The translations under genes and the position numbers were made by a program. From positions 1-36,465 of the forward strand of contig CACZTK010000008.1 in NCBI GenBank assembly GCA_902784095.1: DNA of 36,465 bases, given 5' to 3'. Source of the stretch: an uncultured Erysipelotrichaceae bacterium. GTDB taxonomy: Bacteria > Bacillota_I > Bacilli_A > RF39 > UBA660. This document shows, piece by piece, positions 20,416 to 30,121 of the stretch (its first letter is position 1; each line of letters starts with the position of its first letter). The notes below the pieces were generated by a model. The model saw only the letters and a program-made list of their open reading frames with translations, did no database searches and was not told the DNA's origin.

Positions 20416-20643
20416 TTACGCTTCTACTTGAAAATCTTGTAAAGATCCATCTTCTCCTACTATTTTTGCGATTGATTTTTCAGCATTCTTTAATCTTTCA
20501 TCACAAACTTTAACTAAGTTCATAGCATCATTAAACTTATCAATAGCGTCATCTAAAGGAATATCTCCATTTTCTAACTTCTTTACGATATCTTCTAATT
20601 TTTCTAGATTCTCTTCAAAACTCATTTCTTTTTCTTTTGCCAT
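20416..20643 (-). CDS. xseB: Exodeoxyribonuclease VII small subunit
   Basis: SFEENLEKLEDIVKKLENGDIPLDDAI..F; RBS AGGAGG before ATG 20643. Confidence 0.95.
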   Translation of the reverse strand: MAKEKEMSFEENLEKLEDIVKKLENGDIPLDDAIDKFNDAMNLVKVCDERLKNAEKSIAKIVGEDGSLQDFQVEA

Positions 20644-20653
20644 AATAACCCTC

Positions 20654-21907
20654 CTATAATACCTCGGCATCTATCTTACCATCACTTAATTCTAATGATA
20701 TTTTATCTTTCTTATTAACACTTTTTATACTTGTAATAACTTTATCATCCTTTTTAATTATACCATATCCTCTTTTAATTGTCGAAAGTGGTGATAAAGC
20801 ATCTAATTTTGATATTATTTGTAAATATTTATTTTTCTTATTTTCGATTAATTTTTCAGGATTTTTTAAAATATAACTACTCTTAATATTTAAAAATTGT
20901 TTTTCTTTATAGTTATATAAATTTTTTATATTATATTTTAATTTATCAATTAATGTATCGAATTTTTGTTCTTTTATTTGATATATACTAATTGGATTTT
21001 TTAAAACGTATTTATTAGTTATGTCATCTAATTTTTGTTTTAATATTGTAATCTTATTAATTAATGATTTTCTTCCTCTTAGTTTTTATTGATCTATATA
21101 ATTAATAACATCTGCTTCATTTGGAACTGCAAGTTCTGCTGCTCCTGTTGGAGTTGGAGCACGTAAATCTGCTACAAAATCTGCTATTGTAAAGTCTATT
21201 TCATGTCCTACAGCACTAATAACTGGTATTTTACAATCATATATAGCATATGCCACTTTTTCTTCATTAAAGCACCACATATCTTCAATACTTCCTCCAC
21301 CACGTCCAACAATCAAAGTATCAATATCATAGCTTTCAGCTTTCTTAATTTGACTAACTATAGAGTCAGCAGCAGCTTCTCCTTGAACAAGTGCTGGAAA
21401 TAGTATTACTTCTGTTAATGGAAATCTTCTTTTAATAGTTGATAGGATATCTCTAATTGCTGCACCCGTTGGAGCTGTTACTACTCCTACTGTCTTAGGA
21501 ATTCTTGGAATCTTTTTCTTAACACTTGGATCAAACAATCCTAATCCTTCTAACTTTTTCTTTAATTGCTCATAAGCTATATAAAGGTTACCAACACCAT
21601 CTTCAACCATATCTGAAACATAGATTTGATAACCACCATTAGCTTCATATACACTTATTTTACCTGTTACTAATACTTTCATACCATCTTCTGGCATAAA
21701 CTTTAAACTCTTAGTTTGAGTAGCAAACATAACTGCATTAATTCTACTACCCTCATCTTTTAATGTAAAATAATAATGGCCTCTACTATGTGCTTTAAAA
21801 TTAGATATTTCTCCCTTAATAAAAACTTGATTTAAATGAACATCATTATCAATTTTATATTTTATATACCTAGTAAGTTGTGTTATTGTAATATACTTAT
21901 CATCCAT
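20654..21907 (-). pseudogene. xseA: Exodeoxyribonuclease VII large subunit interrupted by one in-frame TAA
   Basis: OB-fold [50 protein letters not shown]; TAA at 21088-21086; the same frame continues 143 codons, including LDALSPLSTIKRGY, to TAG 20656-20654. Confidence 0.9.
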
Positions 21908-22307
21908 TATTTTCCTCACTATGATAAATACTATCTAAAACACCATTAATCATTTTTACTACATCATCATCACTATACTTTTTAGCAAGTTCAATAGCCT
22001 CATTTATTGCAACAACTCTAGGTGTATCAGTATATTTAAGTTCATATATACCTAAAGATAAAATTGCTTGATCAACTTGATTTAATCTATCAATAGTCCA
22101 ATTTTTTAAATATTTATTAGCAAAACCATTTATTACTTCTTGATTATCAACTATTCCTTTGACACTATCTGTAACAAACTCATTTTTAATTTCTAATTGT
22201 TCTTTAATTAAACTATCAAGATCATATTCTAATTTACCTTTTCTCATAATATTAACTTGATAAATTACTTTTATAATTACCTCTCTTAATTCACTACGGT
22301 TTTTCAT
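21900..22307 (-). CDS. nusB: Transcription antitermination factor NusB
   Basis: [28 protein letters not shown]; start ATG 22307 after GAGGTG (the ORF-track start is over-extended). Confidence 0.95.
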   Translation of the reverse strand: MKNRSELREVIIKVIYQVNIMRKGKLEYDLDSLIKEQLEIKNEFVTDSVKGIVDNQEVINGFANKYLKNWTIDRLNQVDQAILSLGIYELKYTDTPRVVAINEAIELAKKYSDDDVVKMINGVLDSIYHSEENNG

Positions 22308-22365
22308 CTCAACCACCTCTTTAATAATTATATCAAAAAAAGAGCATAAAAAAAAGTAACAAAAG

Positions 22366-23010
22366 TTACTTTTTAATAGCTTGTTTTTTACTTTGAAGTT
22401 GTCTTTTATTATATGAGTTAACATATCTATTAGCATCAAATACACCAATTTCTTCTGGCATAATATCATGATCCATAGAAGCTAGACTAATTATTCCATA
22501 TTCAACTGGTGATACAGCTACTAAACTATGGAATAAGTTACGAAATTGTTGTCTAAAATCAGGATCTGTTGGATAAGCAAATGTAAAATCATACTTTTCA
22601 CCATTCTTTTTAGTTTTTTCTACACCAAATCTAATATTTTCTAATTCAGAAAAATACATAGGTATTAAATTAATAATACTAGATGTAGAAACATCAGCTT
22701 TAACTTCAGCCTTACATTTCTTAGCTTCTTCTAAAGTTTCATTTTTGAAATATTCAACTTTCATTTCTGATCTTTGTGGTCCTATATTACCTGTTAAATC
22801 AGTACCTAGTAAAGAATCAACACTAACAACAACTAAACCATTTTCACCATTATATCTTTCAGAGTAAGAATACATATCTCCTTCTTCTCTACTATAGAAT
22901 CTTTCAATTACTGTAATAGTACTATCAGAATCTCCACTTTTAATGACATAGTTTGTTGTTAGACCATTTTTACCTCTAACTTTTCCATCAATAATAATGT
23001 TTTTTTCCAT
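22366..23010 (-). CDS. Hypothetical protein
   Basis: 214 aa ORF with RBS AAGGGGG and a consensus promoter; no family recognised. Confidence 0.75.
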   Translation of the reverse strand: MEKNIIIDGKVRGKNGLTTNYVIKSGDSDSTITVIERFYSREEGDMYSYSERYNGENGLVVVSVDSLLGTDLTGNIGPQRSEMKVEYFKNETLEEAKKCKAEVKADVSTSSIINLIPMYFSELENIRFGVEKTKKNGEKYDFTFAYPTDPDFRQQFRNLFHSLVAVSPVEYGIISLASMDHDIMPEEIGVFDANRYVNSYNKRQLQSKKQAIKK

Positions 23011-23043
23011 TCTAATATACCCCCTTTAAGAATAGCTGGACAT

Positions 23044-23072
23044 ATTATACCATAAATGTACATTTTTGTCAA
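23044..23072 (-). promoter_or_regulatory. Consensus sigmaA promoter with a palindromic spacer
   Basis: TTGACA-17 bp-TATAAT with extended TG; AAATGTACATTT palindrome at 23054-23065. Confidence 0.8.
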
Positions 23073-23085
23073 TTAAAAAGAACTG

Positions 23086-23853
23086 TTACTTTTTAATTTT
23101 AACAATTCTCTTCTCCATTCCATATAACATCTTATTAGCAATTAGTATAGATGTATCCATTTCAGTATAATTAGTAGTATCATAAGATAACAATTCAGTA
23201 CCACTACTTAAATTATTCTTTATAACTGGTAAAAACTCATCAATTCCATATCCTAATTTAGTAACATGTTCAATAGTAGTCTTCTTCCTATCTTCTAGAT
23301 ATATTTCATTCATATAATCCCTTAAAACAATAGTTCTTGGATTTGCTTTAAATACATATAATTGATCCATAGTTTGTAAATCTCTATTTAAAAACTGAAT
23401 TTTTTGCTTAAATTCTTCTTCTGAAATATCATTATTTAAAAACATCATCTGATACCAAAAATAATTATCTAAAACTCCTCTATCTTGAATAATAATTTCA
23501 GGTCTTTTTGATTTTCTTGTTTGTAGTTCTTCTCTAGATATTCTTAATGTTTCATCATTAAAATCTACTGATGTAAAATTCTTTAATTCCTCTGGTGTAT
23601 GACTTCTTTTTATAATTGCAGCAGGTTCCGTTGTCTTTTCAATATTAAACCCACCAAATTTAAAAAATTCATAAATTCTATCAGAAGTAACAGTTTTACC
23701 TGTTCTAGGAAGTCCAGAAAACTCTATAACAAATGGCTCTTTTTCTTCACTTTTAAGACTATCATATAATTTTCTCAATTTTACTTTTCTTTCATGTAAT
23801 CTTTCTAATTTTTCTAAATATTCATAATCACTTAAAAACTTCTTGTATTCCAT
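23086..23853 (-). CDS. P-loop nucleotide kinase, thymidylate/dNMP-kinase-like
   Basis: VIEFSGLPRTGKT, TTEP, IIIQDRGVLD (the E-P and D-R motifs of the dTMP kinase fold). Confidence 0.75.
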   Translation of the reverse strand: MEYKKFLSDYEYLEKLERLHERKVKLRKLYDSLKSEEKEPFVIEFSGLPRTGKTVTSDRIYEFFKFGGFNIEKTTEPAAIIKRSHTPEELKNFTSVDFNDETLRISREELQTRKSKRPEIIIQDRGVLDNYFWYQMMFLNNDISEEEFKQKIQFLNRDLQTMDQLYVFKANPRTIVLRDYMNEIYLEDRKKTTIEHVTKLGYGIDEFLPVIKNNLSSGTELLSYDTTNYTEMDTSILIANKMLYGMEKRIVKIKK

Positions 23854-23863
23854 AATTCTCTCC

Positions 23864-24322
23864 TTAATCTATCCAACTTGATACTTGAAAAACTATTAAA
23901 TCCTTATTATTCTTTCTAACATATTTAATAATACTATTATCATCATCTACTAATATATTTATAGTAGAATTCATATGTTCTTTCAAGTAGTTGCTTTTTA
24001 ATTCTTGTGATTCTACTTTCTTATATTCTTCTTGTTCTTTAGAAATAAAGATAACATCATTGATATCAAAGAAACTCATATTTCTTTTTAACCAATCAAT
24101 CTTTTCTTCTACTATTTTATCAGTTTTACATACTGTTAAAATCTTTACCTTTATATTATCTTTCTTAATTAATTCTTCTACTCTCTTAATATTGCTTTTT
24201 AATGGTCTAATTGTATTATAATTAAAATTACCTATATCATATTCTGCTATAACACCATCCATATCTACATAAATAGTAATATCTTTATCTTTGTATTCAT
24301 CTAGTGTATTATAAAATTTCAT
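23864..24322 (-). CDS. HAD-superfamily phosphatase (5'-nucleotidase-like)
   Basis: IYVDMDGVIAE (motif I), ILT (II), K (III), ILVDDD (IV); EKIDWL resembles NT5C-like proteins. Confidence 0.8.
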   Translation of the reverse strand: MKFYNTLDEYKDKDITIYVDMDGVIAEYDIGNFNYNTIRPLKSNIKRVEELIKKDNIKVKILTVCKTDKIVEEKIDWLKRNMSFFDINDVIFISKEQEEYKKVESQELKSNYLKEHMNSTINILVDDDNSIIKYVRKNNKDLIVFQVSSWID

Positions 24323-24324
24323 AT

Positions 24325-26877
24325 TTACTCCTTCATCTTTTTCTTTAATTCATATAAAAAGTTAAGTGCATCCATTGGTGACATTTCCAAAGGATTTATT
24401 GCTTTAATCTTTTCTTCTACTTCATTAACTTGTTCTACATGTTCTACTTCTGCTTCATTAAGTTCAAATAATGAAGTTTGCATAAATGTTTCTTGTTTTA
24501 CACTCTTATGTTCATATACATCTAAAATATCTTTACTACGTTTAATTAAATCTTTAGGTAAATGAGCAAGGCTTGCGACATGAATACCATAACTCTTATC
24601 AATTGAACCTGCTTTTACTTTATGTAAGAAAGTTATTTTACCATCTTCTTCTACAGCTGATACATGAACATTTTTAAGATGTTTTAATTCTTTTTCTAAT
24701 CCAGTTAATTCATGGTAATGTGTAGAAAACATAGTTTTAGCCTTAATCTTATCATGAATATATTCAAGTATTGCTTGAGCAAGACTCATTCCATCATAAG
24801 TAGCTGTACCTCGACCTAATTCATCAAATAATATCAAACTAGATTCAGTAGCTTCACTGATAGCATAATTAGCTTCTTTCATCTCAATCATAAAAGTTGA
24901 TTCACCACTAACTAAATCATCACTAGCTCCTATTCTTGTAAATATCTTATCAAAAATAGGCATTTCACATGATTTGCATGGAACAAAACAACCTATTTGA
25001 GCCATTATAACAGTAATTGCTGTTTGTCTCATATAAGTAGATTTACCTGCCATATTAGGACCAGTTATTAATAAAATATCAGTAGATTTATCCATAATAA
25101 TATCATTAGATACATATTTATCAGATAATACCTTCTCAACTACTGGATGACGACAATCTATTAGTTTTAAACTTTTCTCTTTAATTAGCTTTGGTCTAAC
25201 AAATTTTTCTTCATCACTTACAACAGAAAATGATTGTAACATATCTACTTCACTAACTACTTTAGATATTTCTTGAATATTAGTAATATATCTTTTTACT
25301 ATTTCTCTTATATCCATAAATAATTTATATTCTAGATTTATAATCTTTTCTTCTGCACCAAGTATTATATTTTCTTTTTCTTTTAATAAGGGAGTAATAA
25401 ATCTTTCACAGTTAGCAAGAGTTTGACGTCTTTCATAACCATATTCATCTTTTACTAAATCTTTTTGTCCCTTACTTACTTCTATATAATAACCAAATAC
25501 TTTATTAAATCCTACTTTTAAGTTTTTAATACCTGTACGTTCTTTTTCTTGACGCTCAATATCAAGTAAAAAATCTTTAGAACCACTACTTATCTTTCTA
25601 AGTTCATCCAATTCATCATTATAACCATCTTTTATAAGTGAACCTTCTTTTAAAGTTAATGGTGGATCTTCATAAATAGATTTTTCTAGAATGTTTGCTA
25701 CTTCTTCTAAAGTTTCTATTTTTTTATCATAATTTAATTGTTCTAAAATACTCTTAATAGTTGGTAATGCATTTAATGATCTTTTTAACTGTAACATATC
25801 TCTAGCATTTAAATTTCCATAACTAATACGACCTGCTAAACGTTCTAAATCATATACATCATTTAGGGCAGTTCTTAAATCATCTCTTAAAATAAACTCG
25901 CATGAAAGTTTTTCTATAAAATCATAACGTCTTTCTAATTCTTTTTTATCTGTAAGAGGTGATTCTATTTGTTGTTTTAAATAACGAGATCCCATCGCAG
26001 TTTTACATTTATCTAAAAGCCATAATAAAGAATATTGTCTATCACGTGATCTAATAGTTTCAACTAATTCTAAGTTCCTTTTAGTATTATTATCAAAGAA
26101 TAATATTTTACTATTCTTAACTAATTCACATCTTTTTAAATGATGTAAATCACCCTTCTTAGTATCTAATACATAATATAGTAAATGTCTAACAGTAGTA
26201 GTAATTCTAATATCATCTATATTCTCATAAATATATTTGTATTCTTCATCATCTGATAAATCATCCATAATAGTAATTAAAATACCATATGTAGTTCTAA
26301 GTGTATTAACAAGTTCTCTATCGATTCGTTCATTAACAATTAATTCTCTAAATCCATGACGAACTATTTCTCTTACTATTTCTTCATTAGTTCCTTCTAA
26401 TAATTCTGTATAGAATTCACCAGTAGAAACATCTGTATAACTAATACCTTTACAATAATCAAAATCATATATATTAGCAATATAATTATTAGCTTTACTA
26501 TCTAGACTATTATCTATTCTTGTTCCTTTAGTAACTATTTGAATAACATCTCTTTTAACCATTCCTTTAGTTGTTTTAGGATCTTCTAATTGTTCAACAA
26601 TTGCTACTTTATAACCTTTTTCTATTAAAGTATCTATATATGAAGCATATGCATGATGAGGAACACCACACATTGGAACTCTCTCTTCAAGTCCTGCATT
26701 CTTACCTGTTAAAGTAAGTTCTAATTCACGAGATGCTATAATTGCATCATCAAAAAACATTTCATAAAAATCACCAAGTCTAAAAAAGATAAGACAGTCT
26801 TCATGTTTATCCTTTATATTCATATATTGAACCATCATTGGGCTTAGTTTACTTCTATCTACTGTACTTCTTTTCAT
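24325..26877 (-). CDS. mutS: DNA mismatch repair protein MutS
   Basis: SPMM.QY, FRLGDFYEMF, PMCGVP, TGPNMAGKST, FTRIGASDDL, DELGRGT, STHYHEL; start ATG 26877. Confidence 0.98.
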   Translation of the reverse strand: MKRSTVDRSKLSPMMVQYMNIKDKHEDCLIFFRLGDFYEMFFDDAIIASRELELTLTGKNAGLEERVPMCGVPHHAYASYIDTLIEKGYKVAIVEQLEDPKTTKGMVKRDVIQIVTKGTRIDNSLDSKANNYIANIYDFDYCKGISYTDVSTGEFYTELLEGTNEEIVREIVRHGFRELIVNERIDRELVNTLRTTYGILITIMDDLSDDEEYKYIYENIDDIRITTTVRHLLYYVLDTKKGDLHHLKRCELVKNSKILFFDNNTKRNLELVETIRSRDRQYSLLWLLDKCKTAMGSRYLKQQIESPLTDKKELERRYDFIEKLSCEFILRDDLRTALNDVYDLERLAGRISYGNLNARDMLQLKRSLNALPTIKSILEQLNYDKKIETLEEVANILEKSIYEDPPLTLKEGSLIKDGYNDELDELRKISSGSKDFLLDIERQEKERTGIKNLKVGFNKVFGYYIEVSKGQKDLVKDEYGYERRQTLANCERFITPLLKEKENIILGAEEKIINLEYKLFMDIREIVKRYITNIQEISKVVSEVDMLQSFSVVSDEEKFVRPKLIKEKSLKLIDCRHPVVEKVLSDKYVSNDIIMDKSTDILLITGPNMAGKSTYMRQTAITVIMAQIGCFVPCKSCEMPIFDKIFTRIGASDDLVSGESTFMIEMKEANYAISEATESSLILFDELGRGTATYDGMSLAQAILEYIHDKIKAKTMFSTHYHELTGLEKELKHLKNVHVSAVEEDGKITFLHKVKAGSIDKSYGIHVASLAHLPKDLIKRSKDILDVYEHKSVKQETFMQTSLFELNEAEVEHVEQVNEVEEKIKAINPLEMSPMDALNFLYELKKKMKE

Positions 26878-26944
26878 TTTAGTCACCACTAAAACTATTA
26901 TATCAAATATTGACATATTGACAAAGAAAAAGAAGAAAAATCTT

Positions 26945-27325
26945 CTATTTTTCTTCATAATTCCAAATACTTAATTTTCCCTTTACTTCAATAGGTTTTT
27001 CTAATTTTTCACAATCATCTAAACACCAAGCATACATACCAGTATAATCATGAGTATATACATCAGGATTCATTTTATTTAATTCTTTACTCATCTTTTT
27101 ATCTACTAAAACACAATCTACTAAATTTACTTTTCCTATTATATAACCTTTTGGATAATCTAGATTATATTCTTTAACCATATCTAATCTTTTTTTATCT
27201 AGGCCTTTTCCAGCATGAATATATAACTCTCCCCTATAACTAGTTTTCCAACTTCTAAACTCATACTTTTTATAACCACATATTATTAGAGAAGCAAATG
27301 GTTGCTTTACAGTTAATACTTTCAC
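26945..27325 (-). CDS. ASCH domain protein
   Basis: LTVKQPFASLI..G.K.YEFRSW.T.YRG.LYIHAG, G.IIG.V.L.DC, KGKLSIW. Confidence 0.93.
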   Translation of the reverse strand: MKVLTVKQPFASLIICGYKKYEFRSWKTSYRGELYIHAGKGLDKKRLDMVKEYNLDYPKGYIIGKVNLVDCVLVDKKMSKELNKMNPDVYTHDYTGMYAWCLDDCEKLEKPIEVKGKLSIWNYEEK

Positions 27326-28422
27326 ACTTTTTCCACCTTTCTTTTTACCTTTTCTTTCTCACCAAACAACATAGTCTTTAATGTTCCACTATTAGTTTCC
27401 CAATCTGTTTCTAACATATTTCTAACAGTATTTTCATCTGTTGCGATAAGTCCAATCTTATTACTATACATAATCCATTTTTGATAATCACCATTATCAA
27501 GTAAGAAAACCGTCTTAAAATTAGTTATTTCTTCATTTCTTGAATATAAGTTAAATTCTTTGTACTTAATCTGTAATAATTCTTTAAAAATCATATTAAT
27601 GTATTGTTTACCTTCATAATATCCTGGAAATGTTTTAACAAGTGGTAACATATTTTTAATTCTATTATCAACTAGTTCTTTAGAACTAGTACTTATCATA
27701 TCATATCTAGAAATATTATTTTTAATTATCTTTATAATATCATCTGTATATAATTCATCAGATAAAAGATTAATACGACTATCTATATCATCTGTATCAA
27801 CTTGAGGAATGATATCATAATTACCATTGGGACCACTTTCATATCCAAAGTGAAGTGTTCTACATCCTGCTTGAATCAAATATAAATCTAAAGTTAAATC
27901 GAAAAGATATGTTTCATATTCTGAATCTTCATTTTTTATTCTTACTTCATTAGCAACATGATTTTGTCCATATTCTTCTCTTACATTAGGAAGTTTTCTT
28001 TCAATAACTTTAGCTTCTACTCCATCTATTTCATTTAATACTTTAGCCATAATTTCTGATATTTGAATACAAGTCTGATATCTTCCTACACAATTATCCA
28101 TATCAATTACTTTATTAGTAGCATAACTAATATCATCAATTACTCTATAATCATAACTAAATAAATGCCCTAGTGAAATATATACATATCTTAATTTTTC
28201 TAATGGAGTTAAATTAGTTGGAATAGTATCAATAACATAATGTAATGGTCCTACAATATTCTCATCACCTAAATTAATACCTATACTATTTAAAACTCTT
28301 TCTTTTTTTTCTTCAATACTACAACATTCATCTAACCACTCTATCATTCTTTGTATCTCATCATCATCGAATTGATGAATGTTTACATTTAATTTATCTA
28401 AATCTAAGTTGAAATTTGCCAT
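27322..28422 (-). CDS. Transglutaminase/papain-like fold protein (putative Cys-His-Asp enzyme)
   Basis: LTPLEKLRYVY..LG..FSYD helix, then QTCIQIS (Cys), NHVANEV (His), YLFDLT (Asp); family assignment made by eye. Confidence 0.65.
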   Translation of the reverse strand: MANFNLDLDKLNVNIHQFDDDEIQRMIEWLDECCSIEEKKERVLNSIGINLGDENIVGPLHYVIDTIPTNLTPLEKLRYVYISLGHLFSYDYRVIDDISYATNKVIDMDNCVGRYQTCIQISEIMAKVLNEIDGVEAKVIERKLPNVREEYGQNHVANEVRIKNEDSEYETYLFDLTLDLYLIQAGCRTLHFGYESGPNGNYDIIPQVDTDDIDSRINLLSDELYTDDIIKIIKNNISRYDMISTSSKELVDNRIKNMLPLVKTFPGYYEGKQYINMIFKELLQIKYKEFNLYSRNEEITNFKTVFLLDNGDYQKWIMYSNKIGLIATDENTVRNMLETDWETNSGTLKTMLFGEKEKVKRKVEKV

Positions 28423-28437
28423 TATCAAATCACCCTT

Positions 28438-29352
28438 TTATCTATATCTTTTTCCGTTTACTAGAGGTTTTAAACATCTAGTTTTTATCTTTGGTAGTCT
28501 TACTTTTTTTATTTCTTCTTTCTTTATAAGCATAAATTTATTTAATAATTCTAATAATTCAACATCATCTTGTTTAAGCATTAAATTAAATAATTGAGGT
28601 TCATTATACTTATATAGATCATCATAAGAAAAATAATCTTTATCTATAGAATACTTAGTAATACTAGAAAGTAACTCCATCATATAATTATCTTCATTAG
28701 AATGACAATATAAATCTATATTATTACTTACTTCAACAACTCTTTTAGCAATATCAGAATCATTAAATCCTATTTCATCTTCTAAATCTTCATTTTTATA
28801 AACCCTAATACTATCAATTATTCTTGGTACTTCTGAAATACTTAAATCTTTAGTCCAAAACATTCCTGGTAATATTACTCCGTCTAATCTATCAGCACAT
28901 AATTTTGGTCTGTCATTATCAACTATACTATATTCTTTAAAATTTATTATATCATCTATATTAATTCTATCTTCTTTTAAATATTTCATCAAGGAAGAAT
29001 CACTTTTTAATACCCTTTCTGTATACTCTTCAGTTGATTCTTGTGTCAGATAATCATTATTCATATAATCAATAACATGAGAAAAACAAGGAGTAGCAAC
29101 ATCATGAAATAAACCTGCTAGAACTATCTTTTTATCATCAGTTAATTTATTTGTTATTAAAGCAACATTTAGTGAATGATCATATCTTGATACATATTCT
29201 TTAAAATCATATATATCTTTAGAAGCATAATCCATCCCACAAAAATAACCTATATTTTTAAGTCGTGTTAGCGATGGAACAGAAATATATTTTTTTAGAA
29301 AATCAGGAATATTTTCATAACCTAAGATATTTTTATATTGATTCAAACTCAT
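28438..29352 (-). CDS. HD-domain phosphohydrolase (COG1078 / dNTPase-like)
   Basis: RLKNI, SRYDHSL.V, AGLFHDVATPCFSHVID, LCADRLD. Confidence 0.88.
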   Translation of the reverse strand: MSLNQYKNILGYENIPDFLKKYISVPSLTRLKNIGYFCGMDYASKDIYDFKEYVSRYDHSLNVALITNKLTDDKKIVLAGLFHDVATPCFSHVIDYMNNDYLTQESTEEYTERVLKSDSSLMKYLKEDRINIDDIINFKEYSIVDNDRPKLCADRLDGVILPGMFWTKDLSISEVPRIIDSIRVYKNEDLEDEIGFNDSDIAKRVVEVSNNIDLYCHSNEDNYMMELLSSITKYSIDKDYFSYDDLYKYNEPQLFNLMLKQDDVELLELLNKFMLIKKEEIKKVRLPKIKTRCLKPLVNGKRYR

Positions 29353-29395
29353 AGCTTAACTCCTCTCAAATAAATTAAGATTTATTATAACACTA

Positions 29396-30064
29396 TTATT
29401 TTTTAAATTCATCTAATTTTTCAAGTATCTTTACTTTTCCTTTAATCAAATACTCACAAGAACTACTTTTTACTTTTGATAAGTTAGGATTCCAATAACT
29501 ATACGATGCATCGTAAAATGTCTTATAATCTAATTGCTCCATTGGGATAAATTGTTCTGATGTTTTAAATACTACATCCATTGCATCAATTCTAAATAAT
29601 TCTAAATCCCCATCTCTTAAATTCTTTTTCCAATAATCTAGAGAATCTTCATCAAGAGCATATAAACAATGCATTCTACTTGGTAACTCAATATTATTAT
29701 CCTTTCTAAATTGTTCCATAGCCATTTCTCTTTTAAAAACAGATGCCTTTAAGATAGTTTCACGAGCTTCTTTTAACAATTCATAGGCATATTTTTTTAA
29801 GCTAGGATTAACTGTATACATATAATTAAATGCATCTATTAAATCCTCTAAATTAAACTTATCTTGTGAACTATATCCATTACTAATTAACACATTATTA
29901 TGAATATTCTCTAGTTCAGATAAATTAGTAGAATTATTAACAGTAGAAAAATTATTAACTAATTTTCCTAATCTATTTTGAAAACTGTCATCTATTCTAA
30001 TTTCTTTTTTCTCTTTCCATACATTGTTTTTAATACCTTTTGTATGTAAATGATATAATTCCAT
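29396..30064 (-). CDS. DUF2441-like protein (ADP-ribosyltransferase-like fold)
   Basis: N-terminal LYH, RE..MEQFR......PSRMHCLYA, YW, C-terminal EYLIKGKVKI; start ATG 30064 after GAGGGTG. Confidence 0.75.
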   Translation of the reverse strand: MELYHLHTKGIKNNVWKEKKEIRIDDSFQNRLGKLVNNFSTVNNSTNLSELENIHNNVLISNGYSSQDKFNLEDLIDAFNYMYTVNPSLKKYAYELLKEARETILKASVFKREMAMEQFRKDNNIELPSRMHCLYALDEDSLDYWKKNLRDGDLELFRIDAMDVVFKTSEQFIPMEQLDYKTFYDASYSYWNPNLSKVKSSSCEYLIKGKVKILEKLDEFKK

Positions 30065-30121
30065 ATACTCACCCTCAATTTGAAAACATATTATAACATA
30101 AAAAAGATAGTATTTCAATTA

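Noticed and set aside
19312-21088. Stop-codon reassignment as an explanation for the in-frame TAG (19312) and TAA (21086)
   Set aside because: TAA, TAG and TGA all end genes at expected positions elsewhere (trmD TAA, xfp TAG, spoIIGA TGA). The standard code 11 fits.
22308-22469. N-terminal extensions of NusB (and similarly MutS, XseB, RplS, DUF2441) in the ORF track
   Set aside because: They run through promoters or upstream genes. Downstream ATGs have RBSs and match family N-termini.
1024-28597. Short plus-strand ORFs in the track (1024, 9790, 10257, 12349, 16649, 19235, 21203, 23991, 28379)
   Set aside because: They are antisense shadows of well-supported minus-strand genes or elements, with Phe/Ser/Ile-rich composition and no recognisable motifs.
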